From Burkholderiales bacterium (GTDB lineage Bacteria; Pseudomonadota; Gammaproteobacteria; Burkholderiales; JACQAP01): DNA of 64,000 bases. The stretch spans positions 11,544 to 75,543 of the forward strand of contig DASZQJ010000166.1 of assembly GCA_035549715.1 (NCBI GenBank). The letters run 5' to 3'. Below are positions 44,729 to 51,288 of the stretch, in pieces (the first letter of the stretch is position 1; each line of letters opens with the position of its first letter). The position numbers and the translations under genes are program-made. The notes under the pieces are model-generated. The model worked only from the letters and a program-made list of their open reading frames with translations. It made no database searches and was not told where the DNA came from.

Positions 44729-45538
44729 TCACTTCACCAGCTGCATGGGCGCCCGCGCGCGCGCCGCGCCAATCTCCCGGTGGGCGTCCGTGAGCAGGCC
44801 GCGGATCGCCTCCTGGCGCGCCCGCCCCTGCTCGTCGCGATACGGCAGCCCCTTCAGGTCCGTGACGCGCTCCACCCTGCCGTGCTCCAGGATCACCAAT
44901 GTCTGGGCGAGCGCCGAGACGTCCTCGGGATCATGGGTGATCACCAGCATGGGTACCTTGAAGGCTTCGCGCGTGCGCAGCAGCTCGTCGCGCATCCGGT
45001 CCCTGAGCAGGGGATCGAGCGCGGCGAAAGGCTCGTCGAGCAGCAGCACTGCCGGCCGGCGGATCAGCGCGCGCGCCAGCGCCACCCGCTGCTTCTGCCC
45101 CCCCGAGAGCTGCCAGGGCCGCGCCCCGCCCAACCCGCGCAGCTCGAACACTTCCATGAGCTCGTCGACGCGCCGCAGGAGTTCGGCGGAATGCCTTCGC
45201 TGCCACCAGTGGCGCACTCCGAAGCCGATGTTCTGCGCCACGGTGAGGTGGGGGAACAGCGCATAGTCCTGGAACAGGTAGGCGACCCCGCGCTCGCGCG
45301 CCGGGACGTCGACGCCGGTCGAGGAGTCGAACAGCACCCGCCCCGCCACGGCGATGCGACCGCGCTCGGGCGTCTCCAGTCCGGCAATGGCCTTCAGGGT
45401 GACGCTCTTGCCGGCGCCGGAGGGGCCGAAGATCACGCCGCGTTCGTCGTCGCACGTGAACCTCACGTCGAGCGGGAACTCGCGCCCGCTCGAGCGCAGC
45501 GTCTTGTGGATGTCGACCTCGATGTGCACCGGGTTCAT
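44729..45538 (-). CDS. modC: molybdate ABC transporter ATP-binding protein (short form, no TOBE domain)
   Basis: The last 269 aa of ORF 44729..46279 start at ATG 45538. Walker A (GPSGAGKS), the signature (LSGGQKQR) and Walker B (LLLDEP) are present. The ATG overlaps the modB stop. The C-terminal 45 aa or so are too short for a TOBE/Mop domain. Confidence 0.85.
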   Translation of the reverse strand: MNPVHIEVDIHKTLRSSGREFPLDVRFTCDDERGVIFGPSGAGKSVTLKAIAGLETPERGRIAVAGRVLFDSSTGVDVPARERGVAYLFQDYALFPHLTVAQNIGFGVRHWWQRRHSAELLRRVDELMEVFELRGLGGARPWQLSGGQKQRVALARALIRRPAVLLLDEPFAALDPLLRDRMRDELLRTREAFKVPMLVITHDPEDVSALAQTLVILEHGRVERVTDLKGLPYRDEQGRARQEAIRGLLTDAHREIGAARARAPMQLVK

Positions 45539-46209
45539 CCTTGTGCGGCCGGCCGCAACAGCCGTCCCGAAGCGAGCAGCACTGCGATGCAGACGGCGGA
45601 GGTCACGATGACCAGGAAATTGGCGACATCGTCCCGCCCCGCCTGGACGGCCTCGTAGACGGCGATGGACAGCGTCTGTGTCTTTCCCGGCAGGCTTCCC
45701 GCCACCATGAGGGTCGCGCCGAATTCGCCCATTGCGCGCGCGAAGGCGAGCATCATGCCCGCCAGGATGCCGCGCCAGGCAAGCGGCAGCGTCACCTGGA
45801 GGAACACGGCGGTTTCCGATTTGCCCAGGATGCGGGCGGCCTGCTCGTACTGCCGCTCCACGCCTTCGAACGCCGCGCGCGCCGCTTTGTAGACGAGGGG
45901 AAAAGCCACGACGGCCGCGGCGATGGCCGCGCCCTGCCAGGTAAACACGAGCGAGATGCCGAAGGTCGACTCCAGCCAGGCGCCGATCGGGCCCCGCCGG
46001 CCGACCAGGACCAGAAGGTAGTAGCCCAGCACGGTGGGGGGCATCACCATTGGCAGGGTCATCATGGCGTCCAGGACTTCCCGGCCGGGAAAACGCAGGC
46101 GCGCCAGGGCGAAGGCCACCAGCACGCCCGCCACGGTGGCGCCGAAGGTGGCCCAGCCCGCGACTTTCAGGGTGAGCAGGAGGGGAACGAGGACTTCCTG
46201 GGACGACAC
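45535..46209 (-). CDS. modB: molybdate ABC transporter permease
   Basis: ORF 45535..46263. I prefer GTG 46209 because the ORF-track ATG 46263 would place the ModE box at 46223-46246 inside the gene. The EAA-type loop is ARILGKSETAVFLQVTLPLA. Confidence 0.85.
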   Translation of the reverse strand: MSSQEVLVPLLLTLKVAGWATFGATVAGVLVAFALARLRFPGREVLDAMMTLPMVMPPTVLGYYLLVLVGRRGPIGAWLESTFGISLVFTWQGAAIAAAVVAFPLVYKAARAAFEGVERQYEQAARILGKSETAVFLQVTLPLAWRGILAGMMLAFARAMGEFGATLMVAGSLPGKTQTLSIAVYEAVQAGRDDVANFLVIVTSAVCIAVLLASGRLLRPAAQG

Positions 46210-46222
46210 GGCCGCAACCCAT

Positions 46223-46246
46223 CGATGTATACGAATTGATACAACG
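46223..46246. promoter_or_regulatory. ModE-type operator (Mo-box) D in front of modB
   Basis: CGATGTAT-acgaattg-ATACAACG matches 14/16 positions, and both mismatches are the symmetric TAYAT variant. It lies just downstream of a minus-strand TTGACG-N17-TAGCCT promoter-like pair and 14 nt upstream of GTG 46209. Confidence 0.6.
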
Positions 46247-46372
46247 CGGAAGGCTATCGGCAATACCGGCCTGCGTCAAGAAATCAACCGCCTGGCCCGG
46301 GAGCGGTCCGGGAAGATGTCCCCGAGGGGGCGTGAACCCGTTGGGTTCGCGGAGTCGTCGCCCGATAAAGCG

Positions 46373-47041
46373 TCAGGCGGGGAAAACCGCCGCCACCGGC
46401 CGGACCGGCTCCGGCATCCCCCTGCCCTCGCGGAGTTCGGCTTCGCGCCGGACCTGGGCCCGCTTGAGCGCCAGCAGGTTCTTGCAGATGCGCACGTTGC
46501 CCTCGATCAGGCCACGGGAGGGATCGATGCGGGTCATTCCGTACTTCTGCGGCCCCTGCCCGCGCTGCGCCCACTTGCCCGAGCGGCGCCAGGCTTGCAC
46601 CCACTGCGACAGGGTCAGCGACCAGGCGATGTCCTTGCGCTTGGCATTGGTCCGGTGCTGCAGATAGACCCGACGCTCCTCGTCGGTCGCTTCCCGGAAT
46701 TCGAGCAGCGTGCAGCCATAGACGCGCTCCCAAGCCGGCTTGACCTTGCGGGGACGGCCCGCCGACTGCCGGCGCACCGCCAGCCCGGCATTGGTCTTGT
46801 CCAGGCCATAGCGGCGGGCGATCTTGCGCACCCCTTCCACGCTGAGGCTCAGCGATTCGCCGATTGAAGTCAGCGTTTCGCCGGAGAGGTATCGGCTGCA
46901 GATGGCGGCGTCTCGCGACCCCGCCTCCGGCAGCCCGGCGGCGACCGGAGTCGCCGGGGCGAACCGCCCCCGGCCACCCTGGGCCGTCTCGAAAGCCGGC
47001 ATTGCGTCCGGCGGCAATTCCGCCGCCCGGTCGCTCCTCAT
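46373..47041 (-). CDS. hypothetical protein with HTH segment and degenerate HNH-like C-terminal region
   Basis: 222-aa ORF whose ATG overlaps the stop of the upstream beta-propeller gene (ATGA). The HTH-like stretch is ICSRYLSGETLTSIGESLSLSVEGVRKIARRYGL. The C-terminal YGMTRIDPSRGLIEGNVRIC resembles the DRID..GY..GNV motif of His-Me finger proteins but lacks the Cys/His ligands. Confidence 0.55.
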   Translation of the reverse strand: MRSDRAAELPPDAMPAFETAQGGRGRFAPATPVAAGLPEAGSRDAAICSRYLSGETLTSIGESLSLSVEGVRKIARRYGLDKTNAGLAVRRQSAGRPRKVKPAWERVYGCTLLEFREATDEERRVYLQHRTNAKRKDIAWSLTLSQWVQAWRRSGKWAQRGQGPQKYGMTRIDPSRGLIEGNVRICKNLLALKRAQVRREAELREGRGMPEPVRPVAAVFPA

Positions 47042-48213
47042 GGCTTGTCGAAGCCCTTCGGCAGGTGCACCACCGTGACGGTGTTGTCCTTGTAGTTGGG
47101 CGACGTGGCCGCCAGCTCGGGGATCACCAGCAGGTAACTGCCGTCACCTTGCTTGCGCACCGCAACGTCGGCCGGGCCGGCCAGCTTGATGTCCTGGTCG
47201 TACGTCAGCGTGTAGGCCTTGCCGGCGGCCGTGGTCACGATCACCGAATTGGTGTTCTTGATCTCGGTATCGATGCGCACATTGCCCGCGAAGTCCAGGC
47301 CGTCGAGCGCGCCGAAGCCCTTGCCGAACGGCGCCGGCAACTTGCCGTTTTCGATGTCCGCCTTCGTGACCTTGTACTGGCCGCCTTCCGCCGGGTCCTT
47401 CATGCCGGCCGCCACGCCCACGGTGTTGAAGTGGATCATGCCGTCCGGGCCGACTTCGATGCCGTCCGGGCCGCCATCCGGCACGGCCAGGTACGAGACT
47501 CTGGCATCCTTGCCTTCGGCGAGGTCGTCGATCGCGTTCTTCGGGAACAGGTAGATGCCGCCGCCCTTGGTGGCGATCGGTGGATCGAACGTGCCGCCGG
47601 CAACACCCGTGTCGGCGAGGTACAAATTACCCGCCTTGTCGAAGGCCAGCGCGTTGGAAAGCGTCGCGGGCACGCCAGCGGCCTTGTAGGCGGCGGAACC
47701 TTCGCCCAGCTTGATCTCGCCCAGCACGTAGCCATCCTCGTTGAAGGCCAGGATCTTAGGATCGTGGTCGGCCTTGTCCTTGACCGGGGCGCCGTCGGGG
47801 TTGGCGCCCGGGGCGTCGGCCAGCGCGACAAAGATCGTGCCCTTGGGGAAGCGCTTGGTCGCCGTGTGGCTCACGGCCATGCCCAAAGGGCCGGTGAGAC
47901 CGATGACCAGCTTCTCGTTGACCATCTTCAGCGTGCCGTCGGATTGCACTTCGAGCTTGCTGATGTAGCCCGACTTGTGGGTCCAGTTGAAGCCGATGTT
48001 GGGGTTCCCCAGCTCGGCGGAATTGGTGATGAAGACGTGCTTGCCGTCGGCGCTGAAGATCGCGCCTTCCGGATTGTCGAAAACGCTGAGTCGCTGGATG
48101 ACTTGTCCCTTGACCGGGTAGTCTGGGCTTTGGGCCATGGCAGTGGTCACCCCGGCTGCCATCAGCAGCGCGCCGAGCAAGGTCAGTGCCGGGACGCGGG
48201 AAGTTCTGGTCAT
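47038..48213 (-). CDS. secreted beta-propeller protein (SMP-30/gluconolactonase/NHL-like)
   Basis: 391-aa ORF with a signal peptide (MTRTSRVPALTLLGALLMAAGVTTAMA). Blade-like motifs repeat (AIFSADGKHVFITN, GMAVSH, ALAFDKAGNLYLADTG, PDGIEVGPDGMIHF). A GAGGAG RBS is present and a perfect ModE box lies 48 nt upstream. Confidence 0.75.
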   Translation of the reverse strand: MTRTSRVPALTLLGALLMAAGVTTAMAQSPDYPVKGQVIQRLSVFDNPEGAIFSADGKHVFITNSAELGNPNIGFNWTHKSGYISKLEVQSDGTLKMVNEKLVIGLTGPLGMAVSHTATKRFPKGTIFVALADAPGANPDGAPVKDKADHDPKILAFNEDGYVLGEIKLGEGSAAYKAAGVPATLSNALAFDKAGNLYLADTGVAGGTFDPPIATKGGGIYLFPKNAIDDLAEGKDARVSYLAVPDGGPDGIEVGPDGMIHFNTVGVAAGMKDPAEGGQYKVTKADIENGKLPAPFGKGFGALDGLDFAGNVRIDTEIKNTNSVIVTTAAGKAYTLTYDQDIKLAGPADVAVRKQGDGSYLLVIPELAATSPNYKDNTVTVVHLPKGFDKP

Positions 48214-48260
48214 TTCGTTGGTCTCCTCGTTGTTTTTTGCTTTGGGGGATGCGATCGATT

Positions 48261-48284
48261 CGTTATATTTCTATGGATATAACG
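48261..48284. promoter_or_regulatory. ModE-type operator (Mo-box) E, perfect
   Basis: CGTTATAT-ttctatgg-ATATAACG matches 16/16 positions and is a perfect palindrome. It lies upstream of the beta-propeller gene. Confidence 0.75.
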
Positions 48285-48347
48285 AAACACGTCCAGTTTG
48301 AAATACGGTCAGCTTCCATTCCGTGGCCTGGCCTGTGATTCGGGGGG

Positions 48348-48377
48348 AAAAATGAGCGGTGCCCGCGAAGGCACCGC
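48348..48377 (-). terminator. intrinsic terminator (minus strand)
   Basis: On the minus strand the sequence reads GCGGUGCC-UUCGCG-GGCACCGC (8-bp GC stem, 48377..48356) followed by UCAUUUUU (48355..48348). Confidence 0.55.
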
Positions 48378-48443
48378 CCCAAGCTCGAAAGGAGGATCGC
48401 GTCGCGGGCTGGGCTCGTTACACCGGTGCTCGCGGCATTCTCC

Positions 48444-48477
48444 GCCGTCGCTATATTCTCTTGGATATAGCGACGGC
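48444..48477. promoter_or_regulatory. ModE-type operator (Mo-box) F, perfect with extended 13-bp arms
   Basis: GCCGTCGCTATAT-tctcttgg-ATATAGCGACGGC. The core CGCTATAT-N8-ATATAGCG matches 16/16 positions. It lies 85 nt downstream of the modE stop and is overlapped by a minus-strand TTGACG (48482..48477). Confidence 0.75.
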
Positions 48478-48561
48478 GTCAAGCATCCAATCTCGAGCCC
48501 TCGAGGTCATCCGGGCTTTCGTTGCTCTTACAAGAACTTGGACCGGTACCGGCCGGTGAGG

Positions 48562-48936
48562 CTAGCGGGGCTCGACCATCAGGTCAGCGAAATCCTCGAG
48601 TTCGCGCGCCACGCTGGCGGTGGCCTTGGCTTCCATGCGCTGGTAACGCGCCAGGATTTCCTTGCCGAACTCGGTCACCCGAGCCCCGCCCCCGCGGCTG
48701 CCGCCGGTGGCGGTCTCGACCAGGGGCGTGCGGAAACACTGGTTCATGGTGTCGACGAGCAGCCAGGCCCGCCGGTACGACATGTCCATCTGGCGGGCCG
48801 CGGCGGAGATGGAGCCGGTCGATTCGATGGCTTTGAGGAGGTCGGCCTTGCCCGGCCCCATGGCGATGGCCTTGCGAAACATGATCCGGATCTGCGGCCG
48901 CGGGCGTGACGAGGATTTTGGCTTCGCCGCCGCCAT
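48562..48936 (-). CDS. modE: ModE-family regulator, DNA-binding domain only (no Mop/TOBE domains)
   Basis: ATG 48936 lies 2 nt after the moaE stop and gives 124 aa. GKADLLKAIESTGSISAAARQMDMSYRRAWLLVDTMNQCFRTPLVETATGGSRGGGARVTEFGKEIL aligns closely with my recollection of the E. coli ModE N-domain (SLLKHIALSGSISQGAKDAGISYKSAWDAINEMNQ...ATGGKGGGGAVLTRYG). Confidence 0.8.
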   Translation of the reverse strand: MAAAKPKSSSRPRPQIRIMFRKAIAMGPGKADLLKAIESTGSISAAARQMDMSYRRAWLLVDTMNQCFRTPLVETATGGSRGGGARVTEFGKEILARYQRMEAKATASVARELEDFADLMVEPR

Positions 48937-48938
48937 GG

Positions 48939-49388
48939 TCAGTTCCAGCGTTCCGCGGCCGCATCGTCGGCCGCCCGCGCCTCCACCCAGCGCCCGCCCT
49001 GCCCGGTCTGCTCCTTTTTCCAGAACGGGGCGCGGGTCTTCAGGTAGTCCATGAGAAACTCGCAAGCCTGGAAGGCTTCGCTGCGGTGCGCGCTCGTCAC
49101 CACCACCAGCACGATCTGGTCGGTCGGCTGGAGCCGCCCGACGCGATGGACCACGAGGGCATCGTAGATGTCCCAGCGCGACCTCGCTTCGGCGACGATC
49201 TTTTCCAGCGCGCGCTCGGTCATGCCCGGATAGTGCTCGAGCGTCATCTCGCGCACCCGGTCGCCCTCGTTCAGGTCGCGCACCACGCCGATGAAGCTGG
49301 CGACCGCGCCGACCCGCGCATCGCCCTTGCGCAACGCGGCCATTTCCGCGCCGGCATCGAAGTCCTGCGTCTGGATGCGCACGGCCAT
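48939..49388 (-). CDS. moaE: molybdopterin synthase catalytic subunit
   Basis: 149-aa ORF with the MoaE pattern (GAVASFIGVVRD, LEHYPGM, APFWKKE). Confidence 0.9.
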   Translation of the reverse strand: MAVRIQTQDFDAGAEMAALRKGDARVGAVASFIGVVRDLNEGDRVREMTLEHYPGMTERALEKIVAEARSRWDIYDALVVHRVGRLQPTDQIVLVVVTSAHRSEAFQACEFLMDYLKTRAPFWKKEQTGQGGRWVEARAADDAAAERWN

Positions 49389-49389
49389 T

Positions 49390-49671
49390 TCAGCCCCCCG
49401 TCACCGGCGGGAAGAACGCCACCTCGTCCCCGCTGCGGACCGGGGTCGACGGCTCTGCCATGTCCTGGTTCACGGCGACGCGCACCGGTCGGCCGGGCGC
49501 CAGCTCACGCTCCCAGGGCTCGCCCCGCCGGCGCAGCCAGGCGACGAGTCCGGCAACGTCACGGACCTCGTCGGGCAACGCCAGGCGCTCACCGTCGCTG
49601 CCGAAGGCTTCACGCAGCCGCGCGAAATACCGGACCTGGAGGATGCCGAGGCGGGAATCGTCGGGTTTCAT
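49390..49671 (-). CDS. moaD: molybdopterin synthase sulfur carrier subunit
   Basis: 93-aa ORF with VRYFARLREAFG and a C-terminal ...FFPPVTGG. There is a 1-nt gap to moaE. Confidence 0.8.
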   Translation of the reverse strand: MKPDDSRLGILQVRYFARLREAFGSDGERLALPDEVRDVAGLVAWLRRRGEPWERELAPGRPVRVAVNQDMAEPSTPVRSGDEVAFFPPVTGG

Positions 49672-49709
49672 GGGGTGGATTATCGCCGGTTTGACGGGGA
49701 CTTGCAGCC

Positions 49710-50210
49710 TCAGGCCGGGACGAAATCCGGCTGTGCCAGCAGGAACTGCGCGAGCAGGCCGGGGTCGTCCAGCGGGAACACGGGGATGGGGGCTTCCAGC
49801 GGTACGTCCGAGGCGATGGCCACGACGTGGGGGTCGCCGGGATACAACAGCGCCGCCCCGGTCGCCCGGCGGTGGACTTCCACCCGCGGGACCGGCTCGC
49901 GCTTGAAGCCTTCGATCAGCACCACGTCGCAGGGCGACAGCCGGGCAAGCAGCGCCTTCAGGGGAAGCTCCGGTTCGCCCCTGAGCTCGTGCATGAGGGC
50001 CCAGCGTGTGCCCGAGCTCACCAGCACCTCGCAGGCGCCGGCCTGCCGGTGGCGGAACGAATCCTTCCCCGGCTGGTCCAGGTCAAATCCGTGGTGCGCA
50101 TGCTTGATCACGGACACGCGCAGGCCGTGACCGACGAGCAGCGGGATCAGGCGTTCCAGCAGGGTGGTCTTGCCGCTGCCGGAAGAGGCAGCGAATCCGA
50201 ATACCTTCAT
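49710..50210 (-). CDS. mobB: molybdopterin-guanine dinucleotide biosynthesis adapter protein
   Basis: ORF 49710..50291; ATG 50210 gives MKVFGFAASSGSGKTTLLERLIP, which is a Walker A motif. Confidence 0.85.
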   Translation of the reverse strand: MKVFGFAASSGSGKTTLLERLIPLLVGHGLRVSVIKHAHHGFDLDQPGKDSFRHRQAGACEVLVSSGTRWALMHELRGEPELPLKALLARLSPCDVVLIEGFKREPVPRVEVHRRATGAALLYPGDPHVVAIASDVPLEAPIPVFPLDDPGLLAQFLLAQPDFVPA

Positions 50211-50289
50211 CCGGGCGAAAGGCGCGAACCGGGGAATCGAATTATAGTGGACCCCTTCATCGCCCCGCCGCCCCCCCAGGAGACCCCCC

Positions 50290-50640
50290 ATGAAACGACT
50301 CGTTGCAATCGTCGCCGGCGCCGCCGCGCTGTGCGCCCTCCCGGCTGCCGCCCACCACGGCTGGAGCAGCTACGAGAACGACAAGCCGCTCACCGTGACC
50401 GGCACCATCGTGCAGTCCGAGTACAGCTACCCGCACGCGACGATCCGGCTCGAGGCCGATGGCAAGACCTGGCTGGCGGTGCTGGCACCTCCCTCGCGCA
50501 TGTCCGCCCGCGGGCTCTCCAGCGCCGATCTCAAGGCCGGCGTCCAGGCGACGGTCGAAGGCTACCCGAGCCGCAACGACGCGGCTGAACTGCGCGCGGA
50601 GCGGATCATCATCGGCGGAAAACCCACCGAGCTGCGCTGA
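50290..50640 (+). CDS. small exported protein with predicted mature N-terminus His-His (DUF6152-like, from memory)
   Basis: 116-aa ORF. After the signal peptide MKRLVAIVAGAAALCALPAAA comes HHGWSSYENDKPLTVTGTIVQSEYSYPHATIRL. Confidence 0.55.
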   Translation: MKRLVAIVAGAAALCALPAAAHHGWSSYENDKPLTVTGTIVQSEYSYPHATIRLEADGKTWLAVLAPPSRMSARGLSSADLKAGVQATVEGYPSRNDAAELRAERIIIGGKPTELR

Positions 50641-51143
50641 TGTCCCCCGCCGGCACCCCTCCCGGCGGCCAGCTGCTGCAGGCACTGGAGCACGGCGGCA
50701 TCGGCGAGGCGATGCGCAATTCCATCTGGCTCTACCCGGCGGTGGAGACCCTGCACATCGTCGGTTTCATCCTGCTGGTGGGCGCAGTGCTCATGTTCGA
50801 CCTGCGGGTGCTGGGCCTGTCTCGGCGCGTACCGGTGCGCATGCTCGCCGGGCACCTGCTGCCCTGGGGAGCGGCGGCGCTGGTGCTGATCGTGCCGGCG
50901 GGGCTGCTGCTGTTCGCGGCCGATGCCACCGCGATGGTCGGGAACCGGGCGTTCGTCCTCAAGATGATCCTGCTCATGGCCGCGGCCACCAACGCCGCAG
51001 CCTTCCACCTCGGGCCATTCCGCTCGGTCACCGCCTGGGATCAGGGCATCACCGCCCCGCTCTCGGCCCGACTGCATGCCGGCGCCTCGCTGGTGCTCTG
51101 GCTGGCGATCATCGCTTGCGGTCGCATGATCGCCTACGCCTGA
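50640..51143 (+). CDS. four-helix integral membrane protein, unknown function
   Basis: 167-aa ORF whose ATG overlaps the stop of the preceding gene. Four hydrophobic helices are present (e.g. HIVGFILLVGAVLMF, AAALVLIVPAGLLLF). Confidence 0.55.
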   Translation: MSPAGTPPGGQLLQALEHGGIGEAMRNSIWLYPAVETLHIVGFILLVGAVLMFDLRVLGLSRRVPVRMLAGHLLPWGAAALVLIVPAGLLLFAADATAMVGNRAFVLKMILLMAAATNAAAFHLGPFRSVTAWDQGITAPLSARLHAGASLVLWLAIIACGRMIAYA

Positions 51144-51288
51144 CCCGCCTGGCCTTGTATAACCCCTTGCCGAGAATGCCTTTTCCGGCTCCCCCGCGCT
51201 ATTCTCATTGAAATATAATGGGCTTGCGCCAGCGGCGGCGCGAGACCCATCAAAACAACGAGCCGCAAGCTCGAAAACCAAGGACACG

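Noticed and set aside
46264-47041. A mobile element or prophage remnant around the HTH / HNH-like gene.
   Set aside because: I saw no integrase, transposase, flanking direct or inverted repeats, tRNA target or compositional break. The gene is translationally coupled to the upstream chromosomal gene.
48298-48909. A plus-strand ORF of 203 aa (and a 66-aa ORF at 48359..48559) in the gap next to modE. I considered it a possible target of ModE box F.
   Set aside because: Most of it runs antisense to modE and its translation is low-complexity. I saw no convincing RBS/start combination with a recognisable product. I kept the region as a non-coding finding instead.
51197-51220. A weak ModE-like box, CGCTATTC-N8-ATATAATG, overlapping the moaA -10 region.
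   Set aside because: It matches only 13/16 positions with non-symmetric mismatches in the core, and AT-rich promoter sequence gives such matches easily. I did not list it as a feature, but it is worth including in an EMSA panel.
51144-51288. A possible Moco riboswitch in the moaA leader. The decamer AAGCTCGAAA is shared between 51267-51276 and 48381-48390.
   Set aside because: The likely leader after the TATAAT at 51214-19 is only about 65 nt and folds into one simple hairpin (GCUUGCG/CGCAAGC). That is too short for the ~130-nt multi-stem Moco motif. I could not match the conserved cores from memory of the E. coli moaA element. A covariance-model search (Rfam RF01055) would settle it.
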